Source: an uncultured Candidatus Saccharibacteria bacterium (lineage in GTDB: Bacteria; Patescibacteriota; Saccharimonadia; Saccharimonadales; UBA4665). Taken from it: a stretch of DNA of 64,000 nt. Under the pieces are notes generated by a model, which worked only from the letters and a program-made list of their open reading frames with translations, was not told the origin of the DNA and ran no database searches. The stretch covers positions 15,455 through 79,454 of the forward strand of contig CAYMUN010000001.1 in NCBI GenBank assembly GCA_964393835.1, given 5' to 3'. Below, one piece after another: positions 47,464 through 56,603 of this stretch (positions are counted from its first letter, which is position 1; every line of letters starts with the position of its first letter). Made by a program: the position numbers and the translations under genes.

Positions 47464-47958
47464 ATGGCGAATTTTTCTTTTGATATCGTTAGCACATACG
47501 ACAAGGCTGAGATGAACAATGTCTTTGACCAAGTGCAGCGCGAGATCACCGGCCGCTATGATTTTAAGGGCACGCTAGCGGCTATCGAGTGGCTCGGCGA
47601 CAAGGTGGGTTTCAAAATCACTGGCAGCGGCGATTGGCAGATCGACGCCATCCTTGATATCGTCCGCAAAAAGCTGGCCGCCCGCGAGCAGAGCCAAAAA
47701 GTCCTCGACACCAGCCAAGAAATTACTGAATCCAACCTCAAGACCACCAAAGAAGTTCCTTTTAAGCAAGGGCTGGATCAGCCTAAAGCCAAAAAGATCA
47801 CCGCCCTTTTGCGAGAGCAGTTTCCCAAAGTCAAAACCCAGATCCAGGGCGACGCCGTCCGTGTCACCTCTAACAGCAAGGACGACCTCCAAGCTGTTAT
47901 GCAGCTGCTGCGCGCCCAGGACTTTGACTTCCCCCTGGCCTTTGACAACTTCCGCTAG
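47464..47958 (+). CDS. yajQ: YajQ/UPF0234 nucleotide-binding protein
   Basis: 164 aa. FSFDIVS..D..E..N...Q...EI..RYDFKG pattern. Confidence 0.9.
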   Translation: MANFSFDIVSTYDKAEMNNVFDQVQREITGRYDFKGTLAAIEWLGDKVGFKITGSGDWQIDAILDIVRKKLAAREQSQKVLDTSQEITESNLKTTKEVPFKQGLDQPKAKKITALLREQFPKVKTQIQGDAVRVTSNSKDDLQAVMQLLRAQDFDFPLAFDNFR

Positions 47959-47964
47959 CCGGGC

Positions 47965-48222
47965 TTACTCGTAGTATCTCTTACCTTTGAGCGTCTTGTT
48001 GAAATAGGCCATGGCCAGCCGCCGCCGCAACACCATGAGGGCCTCCTCGGGCTCCATTTCACCGCACGCCCGATCATATTGTCTCAGGTAATCGAGCAAA
48101 GCCTGACGAATCACATCGCTGCGCGACGTGTAATCCCGCTTGGCCGTATCATCCACTCTCTTAAGCAAGGATTCCTGGATGGTCAAAGTAATCTTTACGC
48201 TTAACTCCTTAGCTTTTGACAT
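47965..48222 (-). CDS. Ribbon-helix-helix (CopG/Arc/MetJ-type) DNA-binding protein
   Basis: 85 aa. VKITLTIQESLLKRVDDTAKRDYTSRSDVIRQALLDYL has a beta-alpha-alpha pattern. ATG at 48222 after AAGGAGG. The track ORF is 5'-extended. Confidence 0.7.
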   Translation of the reverse strand: MSKAKELSVKITLTIQESLLKRVDDTAKRDYTSRSDVIRQALLDYLRQYDRACGEMEPEEALMVLRRRLAMAYFNKTLKGKRYYE

Positions 48223-48318
48223 GGCTAGCTCCTCCTTGACCATGACTATAGCAAGGGGTTTAGCGGGCACATAGAATTAGCTGTACTTTATACCTCTTTT
48301 TTAATCTACCCGTAATAA

Positions 48319-48349
48319 CCCTTGCAATATAACCCTGCAATCCTGCAAG
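48319..48349. repeat. Three direct repeats of CC(C)TGCAA(T/G) in a divergent spacer
   Basis: CCCTTGCAAT at 48319-48328, CCCTGCAAT at 48333-48341 and CCTGCAAG at 48342-48349, between the RHH gene and the GH63-like gene. Confidence 0.5.
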
Positions 48350-48410
48350 CGATTGTTTGATACTCTATCTGACATCACATTAGCTTGAGGTAGTTTATAC
48401 TTTGTATAGC

Positions 48411-49745
48411 ATGTCTAAAGAAATAATCACAAAGCCGGATCTCTTACAGCAGGCTACGGCTGTGTTGGAAATGAACGACCGGGGCACCTATACCCAGCCA
48501 GCCCAAGGCACCTATCCGCACCAGTGGCTGTGGGACAGCTGCTTTATCGCTATCGGCCGACGGCACCTCGATACTGAGCGAGCCAAGACCGAGCTGCTCA
48601 GCTTGCTGCGGGGGCAGTGGCACAATGGCATGCTGCCCAACCTGACTTTCAGGGATGATCCGCAGTACCGCGCCGATCGCAACGTTTGGCGCAGTTGGGT
48701 TAATCCGTTCGCCCCAAACGATGTCACGACTAGCGGTATCACCCAGCCACCGATGCTAGCCGAAGCCGTCGTCCAGGTCGGCGCTAAAATGGCTTGGCCG
48801 GAGCGCCGCAGTTGGTATCGAATGGTCTACCCCGCCCTCCTAGCCCATCATCAATGGCTCTACCATGAGCGTGACCCCCACGGCGAGGGCTTGGTGCTGC
48901 TTATTCACCCCTGGGAAACCGGCCTCGATAACACCCCGCCCTGGATGAATGAAATGCACGAGCATTTATTGCCCCTATGGATCCGCAGCGTCGCCCGACT
49001 CAAACTTGACCGCGTCATGAAGCTGTTTCGCCGCGACGTGCATTCGCTGCCCGAGGAGCAACGGGTCTCGATGCTCGATAGTCTGGCGATGTTTGATATC
49101 CAGCGGCGGTTACGTCGCAAAGGCTACGACATTAATAAAATTCTCGACCATTCGCTGTTTAGCATCGAAGATCTGACCTTCAATAGCGTATTCATCCGGG
49201 CCAACAGTCACCTGCGCGACATCGCCAAATCCTTGCGCGAGGAACTGCCCGAGGAACTGCTGGAGGGCATGACCAAGACCGAAAAGGCCCTGGAGCAATT
49301 ATGGGATCCCTACTCCGGCCAGTACTACTCGCGCGATTTCGTCACCCATCGCTTGCTCAAAATCCCGACCGTGGCGGCGCTGATGCCGCTGTACGCCGGC
49401 TCCATCAGCCCGGAGCGCGCCGCCCAGCTGGTAAAATTGCTCGAAAACGAGCACACCTTTGGCCCGGCCTACCCGGTACCCAGCGTCCCGACCAGTTCGT
49501 TTTGGTTTAAAGAAAAGGGCTACTGGCAGGGGCCATCGTGGGTCAACACCAACTGGCTAGTGATCAAAGGACTAGAAAACTACGGCTTTACAGACCATGC
49601 CGCCGCGCTCCGCGAAACCACGCTCGAAATGGTCGACAAGCATGGCTGCTGGGAATATTTCGACCCCTTGAACGGCGATCCGGCCGGCGCCCCTAATTTC
49701 TCCTGGACGGCCGCCCTGACCATCGATCTCCTCAAAACCAAGTGA
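48411..49745 (+). CDS. GH63-like (alpha/alpha)6-barrel glycoside hydrolase (glucosyl/mannosylglycerate-hydrolase or debranching-like)
   Basis: ~444 aa. YPHQWLWDSCF and YWQGPSWVNTNW motifs typical of this fold. ATG at 48411 is preceded by TATACT (48396-48401) at 9 nt. Confidence 0.7.
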   Translation: MSKEIITKPDLLQQATAVLEMNDRGTYTQPAQGTYPHQWLWDSCFIAIGRRHLDTERAKTELLSLLRGQWHNGMLPNLTFRDDPQYRADRNVWRSWVNPFAPNDVTTSGITQPPMLAEAVVQVGAKMAWPERRSWYRMVYPALLAHHQWLYHERDPHGEGLVLLIHPWETGLDNTPPWMNEMHEHLLPLWIRSVARLKLDRVMKLFRRDVHSLPEEQRVSMLDSLAMFDIQRRLRRKGYDINKILDHSLFSIEDLTFNSVFIRANSHLRDIAKSLREELPEELLEGMTKTEKALEQLWDPYSGQYYSRDFVTHRLLKIPTVAALMPLYAGSISPERAAQLVKLLENEHTFGPAYPVPSVPTSSFWFKEKGYWQGPSWVNTNWLVIKGLENYGFTDHAAALRETTLEMVDKHGCWEYFDPLNGDPAGAPNFSWTAALTIDLLKTK

Positions 49746-50819
49746 TTAGTCTTCTTGCTGCGGTTTGTCGAGTAACAGCGGCTCGACGCCGGGGGAGGTG
49801 GCCGAGATTTTGACGATATCTTTGTCGACTTTTTTGAGCTCTTTGTGGGCGGTGTTGTAGTGGCTGACGGTGGTGCCGAGGGAGTTGCCGAGCTTTTGCA
49901 TGTAGGTTTCGTAGGTGATTAGGTGACGGCCCAGCTCGCCGACGCGCAGCTGGATCTCTTTGGTCTGCTCCTCGATCTGCAAACCACGCAAACCCTGCAA
50001 AACGGTCTGCAAATAGGCCATAAACGACGTCGGGCTAACGATGATCACCTTTTTGTCGCGAAAGGCGTACTCGATAAGGTCGCGGGCACTGGTGTTGGCG
50101 GTACCGACCTTGTTGATGAGCAGGTCATAATAAATCGCTTCCGACGGGATAAACATAAAGGCAAAATCCATGGTGCCTTCGCTGGGCCGGATATATTTGG
50201 CCGTTTCGTCGATGCGGTTTTTGAGGTCGGCTTTGAACTGCTTGATAATGATATCTTTGGCGGCCTTGTCTTTGGTTTCCAGGATGCGGTTGTAATTCTC
50301 GACACTAAATTTGCTGTCGACCGGCAGCATCACCTGCTTGTCAAGAAAGATCACAGCGTCGACGATCTCGCCGTCAGCAAAACGATACTGGAGTTTGAAG
50401 CGATCCGGCGGCAGGACATTTTCCAGTACCTGGGTTAGCAGGTACTCACCAAGCACGCCGCGCTGCTTGGGATTACCGAGGACATTTTGGAGAATTTTGA
50501 GTTCATCAGTGATATTCATCACCTGTTTGTTGGATTCTTTGAGCTCCGTCAAGTTACGGGTGACTTCGGCGATCAGCTTGCGGCTCTCACTGGATTCTTT
50601 TTGCAGGCTGCCCATCATCATGGCCTGGTTTTTTTCGAAGCGTTCGCCAAGCTGTGATTGCAGACCGTCTTTGAGTTTGGTGATGTCTTCGCTCAGCCGG
50701 GTTAAATCCTGCTTTAACAGCAACGCGCTGCTAGTGTCTCCGCCTTGGTTGGAACGGCGCAGCAGCACCACCAGCAACACAACTACCAGACCTCCTAAAA
50801 CTATAACCGCGGTCTCCAT
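49746..50819 (-). CDS. rmuC: DNA recombination protein RmuC
   Basis: 357 aa. N-terminal TM helix, coiled coil and RmuC nuclease-like core (FAFMFIPSEAIYYDL). Confidence 0.9.
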   Translation of the reverse strand: METAVIVLGGLVVVLLVVLLRRSNQGGDTSSALLLKQDLTRLSEDITKLKDGLQSQLGERFEKNQAMMMGSLQKESSESRKLIAEVTRNLTELKESNKQVMNITDELKILQNVLGNPKQRGVLGEYLLTQVLENVLPPDRFKLQYRFADGEIVDAVIFLDKQVMLPVDSKFSVENYNRILETKDKAAKDIIIKQFKADLKNRIDETAKYIRPSEGTMDFAFMFIPSEAIYYDLLINKVGTANTSARDLIEYAFRDKKVIIVSPTSFMAYLQTVLQGLRGLQIEEQTKEIQLRVGELGRHLITYETYMQKLGNSLGTTVSHYNTAHKELKKVDKDIVKISATSPGVEPLLLDKPQQED

Positions 50820-50849
50820 GTTTCTATTGTAGCAACTTTCCTTTGAGAA

Positions 50850-51080
50850 CTATTGCTGGGTGGCTGGCAGCCTGCCGTCACATATCGCCTGGTCAGTCGA
50901 GGGCCCCACCAGCGGGCCAGTAGGCTCGTTATCCACGGCGGCGGCTCGCGCGCAAGCCTCTTGGCGGGCAGATTTATGGAGCGTCGAATGGTACAACTGG
51001 TAGCCGACAAAAAACGCTGCCAGCACTGAAACGGCGCAAAACAGTATGAAGGTTGGTGAGTCTTTGAGGATTCGTATCAT
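50850..51080 (-). CDS. Small 76-aa single-TM protein
   Basis: ATGA overlap with the stop of the L,D-transpeptidase gene. TM helix FILFCAVSVLAAFFVGYQL. Confidence 0.5.
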   Translation of the reverse strand: MIRILKDSPTFILFCAVSVLAAFFVGYQLYHSTLHKSARQEACARAAAVDNEPTGPLVGPSTDQAICDGRLPATQQ

Positions 51081-51832
51081 GCTTCAATGATTAGTGTGGT
51101 GCCGACAGCCGACCAGTTATACAACCATTTTGAGGCGCCGAGTGGCAGCTCGATACAACCGTGCGAAGCGTCGGCCGAGTTAGGATCGACTTTGCCAAAG
51201 GCGCTGTCCGCCCGCCAGGTGGCGTCATGGAATCCATAGGTACCGTACTGGTTATTGAGAAATGGCATCCAGTAGTAGACTGAGTCATTCCAGCTGCCGG
51301 TTTCATCGCTGCCGCTCAGGGTTGTGTCAGTGACTTTGCCATAGATCTTATAGGTACCCGGCGGTGTCAGCGTAGAAGCGTGGGCCAACATGCCGGTGAT
51401 GATCGCTGACTGGCGCACCGTTTTACTGCCCTCACAAGCCCACAGGTGGCGCTGGCTGACACTGACCAGGATAAGCTTATCCAGGGAGTTGCCAGCGCAG
51501 CGATCCGCCGACTTAGCAGGCTGGGCGACAGCCGCAGCCACCGGAGTAGTAATCGGAGCTTGATTTTGCGGCTGAACACTCGAGGATTTGGAAGCGACCG
51601 GTGACTTTTGGGCACTGTGGTTATATGAAAGCAACATCGGTAGGCCGGCCAAAGCTACGACAGCCACAATTATAAAAAAGACTTTGTTTTTAGGGATTAA
51701 TTTAGCACGGCTAGTCGTCAGATAGGCGGGCCGGGCGGGAGCTGTAACTGGGCGGCGATTGGAATGGTAATACGAATAGCTGCCCAGGCTGCCGGGGCGA
51801 ACGGTTTTGCTTTCGAGCGTAGGGGAATTCAT
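51077..51832 (-). CDS. L,D-transpeptidase (YkuD domain), membrane-anchored
   Basis: 251 aa. TM anchor and catalytic YGFHDATWR...ASHGCIELP (HxxxxxxSHGC). Confidence 0.85.
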   Translation of the reverse strand: MNSPTLESKTVRPGSLGSYSYYHSNRRPVTAPARPAYLTTSRAKLIPKNKVFFIIVAVVALAGLPMLLSYNHSAQKSPVASKSSSVQPQNQAPITTPVAAAVAQPAKSADRCAGNSLDKLILVSVSQRHLWACEGSKTVRQSAIITGMLAHASTLTPPGTYKIYGKVTDTTLSGSDETGSWNDSVYYWMPFLNNQYGTYGFHDATWRADSAFGKVDPNSADASHGCIELPLGASKWLYNWSAVGTTLIIEA

Positions 51833-51935
51833 AGATCAACTGCCGCGAGCGGACAAGCTCTATCGTAGCTCATCCCTTTTTGTTTTACTGTATGTATTTT
51901 TATAGAACCGTTCTTAAGTATACCATCACCCGGGC

Positions 51936-52661
51936 TTAGGCAAAACGGGTAACGACAAATATGAATGCCGCGCCCGCTACCGTCAAGCCGATGGTTTTAT
52001 AGCTAGAGTGCTTGCTGTGGGCTTCGGGCAAGATTTCACTGGCACCGATATATAGTAAAAAGCCGGCAAAAAAGCCCAGGTAGATAATCAAGGCTTGGCC
52101 GGAGATATGAAACAGCAACGTACTGGCCGCGCCGAGTACGGGAGCCAGGGCATCCAGCATTAGAAAAATAAAGGCCTTGCGTGACTTGTTTTGGTTAAGC
52201 AGCATTAGATTGACCGTGTTGAGCCCGTCGGTAAAATCATGGGCGATGACGGCAATAGCCACGGCGATACCGACGGCTTCGCCGGCCTGGAATCCGAGAC
52301 CGATACCGACGCCATCTAAAAAGCTATGACCGACCAGTGCCAGAGCCGACGCCACACCGACATGTGGATGTTTATGGATTTGGTACTCGTCTTCGTTGGT
52401 GTGGTGGATGAGGATGCTTTTTTCGATAATATGAAATACCAAAAAGCCGCAGACCAGGGCAATCATGGCACCGGTTGCGGTGCGGTGCTGATCATTCACC
52501 AGATTGAATATTTCGGGTAACAGATCAAATGCCACTACGCCCAGCAGTACCCCGGCAGTATAGCCGAGGAAACGATGCATACGGTCTTTATTTTTAAGGC
52601 CGGTCAAGCCGCCAGTCAGGGTCGATAAAAATGTAGCCAGGGCCAGTAAAATCGGAAGCAT
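51936..52661 (-). CDS. zupT: ZIP-family zinc transporter
   Basis: 241 aa with 7-8 TM helices. HSFLDGVGIG and AIAVIAHDFTDG metal-site motifs. Confidence 0.9.
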   Translation of the reverse strand: MLPILLALATFLSTLTGGLTGLKNKDRMHRFLGYTAGVLLGVVAFDLLPEIFNLVNDQHRTATGAMIALVCGFLVFHIIEKSILIHHTNEDEYQIHKHPHVGVASALALVGHSFLDGVGIGLGFQAGEAVGIAVAIAVIAHDFTDGLNTVNLMLLNQNKSRKAFIFLMLDALAPVLGAASTLLFHISGQALIIYLGFFAGFLLYIGASEILPEAHSKHSSYKTIGLTVAGAAFIFVVTRFA

Positions 52662-52667
52662 ATGTCC

Positions 52668-52721
52668 AGCATAGATCAGTTGAAATAATTATTGCAAATT
52701 TGTCGCAATTTGTGTTATATT
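52668..52721. promoter_or_regulatory. Divergent zupT/zur promoters sharing one palindromic -35 (TTGCAA), both leaderless-type
   Basis: Plus strand: TTGCAA (52692-52697)-18-TATATT (52716-52721), 6 nt to the ATG at 52728. Minus strand: the same TTGCAA-18-TATGCT (52673-52668), 6 nt to the ATG at 52661. Confidence 0.45.
52681..52696. promoter_or_regulatory. Fur-family (Zur-type) operator candidate
   Basis: TGAAATA-AT-TATTGCA, an AT-rich inverted repeat (half-sites TGAAATA/TGCAATA) that overlaps the shared -35. Confidence 0.45.
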
Positions 52722-52727
52722 TGCAGC

Positions 52728-53150
52728 ATGCTCGAGCCACTGGAACAGTTTAAAACTACCCTAAAAGAAGCGGCCCAAAGCTTCACCCATTCCCGGCAGG
52801 TAATTTTTGAGGCGCTCCAGGATAAAGAACCGCAAGCCATGGCCGAAATCGTAGCTACTTGCCGAAGCCAGGTCGACCGGGCCAGCGTTTATCGCACGAT
52901 CGCCTTGTTTGAGCGGCTCGGCATCGTCCAGCGCCTGCAGATTGGCTGGAAATACAAATTAGAGCTCAGCGACAGCTTCCATCACCACCATCATCACCTG
53001 ACCTGCCGTAGCTGTGGTACCACGTTTCCTATTGCCGAAAATCCGGAACTGGAAAAATTATTGAATGAGCTGGCCAACAGCCAAGATTTTAAGATGCAGG
53101 ATCATCAGCTGGAGATCCAGGGACTGTGTATAACATGCCAAAAATCATAG
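52728..53150 (+). CDS. zur: Fur-family metalloregulator (Zur by context)
   Basis: 140 aa. Winged helix (ASVYRTIALFERLGIV), HHHHHHLTCRSCG and C-terminal CITC metal sites. Divergent from zupT. Confidence 0.85.
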   Translation: MLEPLEQFKTTLKEAAQSFTHSRQVIFEALQDKEPQAMAEIVATCRSQVDRASVYRTIALFERLGIVQRLQIGWKYKLELSDSFHHHHHHLTCRSCGTTFPIAENPELEKLLNELANSQDFKMQDHQLEIQGLCITCQKS

Positions 53151-53175
53151 AACCGGCGCGATATACGGCCGGTTC
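53150..53175. terminator. Hairpin between convergent zur and DUF475 genes
   Basis: GAACCGGC-10 nt-GCCGGTTC (8-bp GC-rich stem). On the minus strand it is followed by TATGATTTTT. Confidence 0.4.
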
Positions 53176-53245
53176 GTTAGGAAGCCTCACACTTCCTACT
53201 ATTTAGCTTATGCCTGCCCACATTAAAATGCAAATGTGAGATCTA

Positions 53246-54259
53246 TCACTTTTTGGCGTGCAGGGCTTGGCGCGAAGCAACAAACGAGGCGCCGACAACG
53301 CCGAGGCCAACAACGCCGGTGATGGCGTCGGGGATTTCCACAAAAATACTGCCCAGCAAGGCGATAGCCAATACCAGGATGGCATAATGGGCGCCGTGCT
53401 CGAGATAGATATAAGCCTCAAGTGTACCCTTGCGTACCATGTAAACGGTCAGGCTCCGTACCCAGATGGCGCCGACGCCTAAGCCCAGGGCAATCAGTAG
53501 GATTTTATCGGTAATGGCAAAGGCTCCGAGCACGCCGTCAAAACTAAAGCTGGCGTCGAGCAGCTGCAGATACATAAACGCGCCAAAGGCGCCCCAGCCA
53601 GTGTAGAGTTTTTTGCTGTGCGGGTTGTCATTGCCGGATAATTTGCCGAGACCGTCGATAAATAATTTGATGGCCGTATAAGAAAGTGCTCCAATCAAGC
53701 CAGCGCGCAGTACCGTACCGCTCTCGTGTCCGGCAAACAAAGCGATCACGCCGATAACAATAATGGTGATGATCGGGGGCAACCACAGACCGCCGCGGGC
53801 CCGCTGCAGGGGGGCTTCGACTTGCTTCCACCAGAGCTCTTTACGGACATCGTCAAACAAAAAATACAGTGTCAGCACCAGCAGGAAACTGCCGCCAAAA
53901 GCGGCGATGGCAGCATGGGCTTCCAGCAAATGTTCGCCGTAAACCGTCGGGTGATGGAGGGCGTCATCGATCACCTGCCCCCATGGCAAATGAGCCGTTA
54001 CCATGACAATTAAGATCGGGAACACAAAGCGCATGCCGACGATAGCCACCACCATACCGATGGTCAAAAACAGATCTTGCCATAGCTTGGACAGCCGCGA
54101 CAGGACTTTGGCGTTGATGATGGCGTTGTCAAAACTAAAAGCTACCTCGATAGCGATCAGCACGATGGTGGTAATTGCCGCCCCCGGGCCAAGCATGGTG
54201 CCGGCAACTAAAATTGCCGCCAGGGTAAGGAATCCCGAGGTGCCGAAATATCGAATCAT
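53246..54259 (-). CDS. DUF475/TerC-like integral membrane protein
   Basis: 337 aa, polytopic. EVAFSFDNAIINAKVL and a second DASFSFDGV repeat, characteristic of the family. Confidence 0.8.
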   Translation of the reverse strand: MIRYFGTSGFLTLAAILVAGTMLGPGAAITTIVLIAIEVAFSFDNAIINAKVLSRLSKLWQDLFLTIGMVVAIVGMRFVFPILIVMVTAHLPWGQVIDDALHHPTVYGEHLLEAHAAIAAFGGSFLLVLTLYFLFDDVRKELWWKQVEAPLQRARGGLWLPPIITIIVIGVIALFAGHESGTVLRAGLIGALSYTAIKLFIDGLGKLSGNDNPHSKKLYTGWGAFGAFMYLQLLDASFSFDGVLGAFAITDKILLIALGLGVGAIWVRSLTVYMVRKGTLEAYIYLEHGAHYAILVLAIALLGSIFVEIPDAITGVVGLGVVGASFVASRQALHAKK

Positions 54260-54292
54260 GTCATATCATCCTAACATACTCACCGGGGATGG

Positions 54293-54901
54293 TCAGGGTC
54301 TTGAGACAAAAGAACTGTCGCGCGCATAAAAGCGCCACGGGGCATCCTGGCCCTGCCTAATGCCGATACGAGTGGTTTGGGCAATAGCAGTTTGCGGTAG
54401 GGGCAGTGTCAGCTCTAGACGCAGCGGCGCCTGCCTTAAGTCATGACCGTTAAGCGAGCGATCAATCCCGAAAGCCTGACAGAATTTAGCCGGGCCATTA
54501 GTCAGAGCTGTTCCGTCCAGACCGTGGCGGGCTTGGCTCATTACCTCGATTCCGGCCAACGGCTCGACCGCCCTGATCAGTACCGCCGAGCCCTCGCCAG
54601 GGCGGCCGGTAACCACATTGCAGCAATAGTGCATACCATACGTAAAGTAGACATAGAGGTGGCCAGCCGGGCCAAACATGACGCTGGTGCGGGGCGTTTC
54701 GCCGCGATAACTATGACTGGCGACGTCGTATTGGTCATAGGCCTCGGTCTCGACAATCCGGCCGACTAGGCGGCGGCCGTCAATTTCGCGCACCAGGCAG
54801 GAGCCGAGCAACCGCGGCGCCACTTCAACAGCCGATCCGGACAACGCTTCTGCTAAATCATACGCGGGATTAGTCATAATTCTAGTATAATAGGAATACA
54901 T
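54293..54901 (-). CDS. mpg: DNA-3-methyladenine glycosylase (Mpg/AAG family)
   Basis: VAPRLLGSCLV...GRIVETEAY...ASHSYRG.T.RT.VMFG.AGHLYVYFTYGMHYCCNVV. A possible true start is the ATG at 54877 (TATACT at 54889-54884 lies 6 nt upstream). Confidence 0.9.
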   Translation of the reverse strand: MYSYYTRIMTNPAYDLAEALSGSAVEVAPRLLGSCLVREIDGRRLVGRIVETEAYDQYDVASHSYRGETPRTSVMFGPAGHLYVYFTYGMHYCCNVVTGRPGEGSAVLIRAVEPLAGIEVMSQARHGLDGTALTNGPAKFCQAFGIDRSLNGHDLRQAPLRLELTLPLPQTAIAQTTRIGIRQGQDAPWRFYARDSSFVSRP

Positions 54902-54940
54902 GTTAACCAGTTTGTTTCATAGCCGGATGAGAAGCCTGGT

Positions 54941-55918
54941 ATGATCCTGATTATTTTAGAAGTCTTATTTTTAGTACTATTATCGGCCGCCTGCTCTGGT
55001 CTCAATGTCGCTGTCATGTCGCTGGACATAGCCGACCTGCGGCGTAAGGCTAAGCTTGGCAACAAACAAGCCCAACGAGTCCTGCCGCTGCGCAAAAACA
55101 TCCACCTGATGCTCGGCAGCATCTTATTTACCAACGTGGCGGCCGTTTCGGCGACCTCACTGGTACTCGGCGAACGGCTCAATGGCTTACTGGCCGGCTT
55201 GATCGGCACCTTTTTGATTGTCGTTTTTGGCGAAGTGTTTCCCCAAGCCCTGTTTAGTAAAAATCCATTGCTGTGGACGAGCCGTCTCGCGCCACTGCTG
55301 CGCTTGATGATTAGCATCACCTATATTGCCAGCAAACCGTTGCAACTGCTACTCGACCGGTTGTTTCCACGGCAGCGCAACAAGCTGCAGAGTCGTCATG
55401 AGCTCGGCCTGCTGATTACCGAGCACCTCGAGGATAAGACCAGCGAGCTCGACGATGACGAGGTTGAGATCATGCGTGGTGCCCTCAGTCTCAGCGAAAA
55501 GCGCGTTCGCGATATCATGACCGATATTCGCCACACCTATTGGTTGACCCCCGACACGGTGCTCGACGATGCCCGGATTGACGAGATCAAAGCCAAAGGC
55601 TTTAGCCGCATCCCGATTTTTGACGCCAAGCTGACTAAAACCTACGGCCTACTGCTGATGAAAGACCTGGTCGACATCGACTTTGAAGAAAAAACCTACC
55701 GGGTGGAAGCCATCCCCCTACACCCCACCCAGATTGTCGGCAGCATGACCGCTCTCGACACTATGTTTCGTAAATTTATCGGTGCCCACGCCCACCTGAT
55801 ACCAATCGAAAAAGAGGATCAGATCATCGGCATCGTTACTATCGAAGACTTATTGGAAGAAATCATCGGCCACGAAATCGAAGACGAATCCGACCACCAA
55901 CGCCAACACCCAAATTAA
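54941..55918 (+). CDS. CNNM/DUF21 + CBS-pair transporter (CorB/HlyC-like, no CorC C-terminal domain)
   Basis: 325 aa. DUF21 TM region (LNVAVMSLD, GEVFPQA) followed by a CBS pair. Confidence 0.85.
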   Translation: MILIILEVLFLVLLSAACSGLNVAVMSLDIADLRRKAKLGNKQAQRVLPLRKNIHLMLGSILFTNVAAVSATSLVLGERLNGLLAGLIGTFLIVVFGEVFPQALFSKNPLLWTSRLAPLLRLMISITYIASKPLQLLLDRLFPRQRNKLQSRHELGLLITEHLEDKTSELDDDEVEIMRGALSLSEKRVRDIMTDIRHTYWLTPDTVLDDARIDEIKAKGFSRIPIFDAKLTKTYGLLLMKDLVDIDFEEKTYRVEAIPLHPTQIVGSMTALDTMFRKFIGAHAHLIPIEKEDQIIGIVTIEDLLEEIIGHEIEDESDHQRQHPN

Positions 55919-55944
55919 GCCATACTACTGACCAGCCGTCACCG

Positions 55945-56562
55945 CTAGCTGCGCAGCAGTGGTGCTAGCGCCAGGACTACACGTTCGGCTCGAAGTTGGT
56001 GGGCCATCTCTAGCATTCGTTCCTCAGACGTTTCTGGATCATCAAGATTGGCATGTCGCTGGAGTGCCAAATAAGCCGTAAATCCTAAGTATTGGTTAGT
56101 CTGCTCGGCAATAACTCGCCGAAAACCATGCTCATTGCTCAATATTTGACGCAGCCTGGCTTTCTCGTCAGCCGTAGACTTACTGCCAAAGTGCTTGACT
56201 TGGACTTCCGGTGGCGTGTCTTTAGTCACCCAAAAATTCATAATTACGCCAGCATATTCTGGGCGGGCATAGTACATAAAACCTTTTTTACCCTCAATTG
56301 TCTGGACAGTTATTCCCGGGGCTAAGAGACGAGTGGCTGCCAGTACTTCATCGGGCGCTATGATATTTACCCCGAGAGGTGGCTGTTCGGCCGCCGTTTC
56401 AGCCGCTTGGCTAAACAGCACGTCATAGTTAGCACCGGCCGGTGGCAAGACCAAACCATAAGCGGCCTGCGCCCCAGCTGAAATACTCAGTGTCATGTCA
56501 GACTTTTGCAGTGTCCAATCAAAAAGAAAGGGGTCGCTATCGGGAATCCTGGTACCACTCAT
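55945..56562 (-). CDS. Hypothetical 205-aa protein downstream of tgt
   Basis: Co-directional, 41 nt after the tgt stop. No recognised domain. Confidence 0.6.
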   Translation of the reverse strand: MSGTRIPDSDPFLFDWTLQKSDMTLSISAGAQAAYGLVLPPAGANYDVLFSQAAETAAEQPPLGVNIIAPDEVLAATRLLAPGITVQTIEGKKGFMYYARPEYAGVIMNFWVTKDTPPEVQVKHFGSKSTADEKARLRQILSNEHGFRRVIAEQTNQYLGFTAYLALQRHANLDDPETSEERMLEMAHQLRAERVVLALAPLLRS

Positions 56563-56603
56563 ATCTTTTAATTATAGCATGCTTAGCTATAAAAGTCAAT
56601 ATG

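Noticed and set aside
54260-54292. yybP-ykoY (Mn) riboswitch upstream of the TerC/DUF475 gene
   Set aside because: Only 33 nt separate the gene from the mpg stop, which is too short for the riboswitch. The gene appears co-transcribed with mpg.
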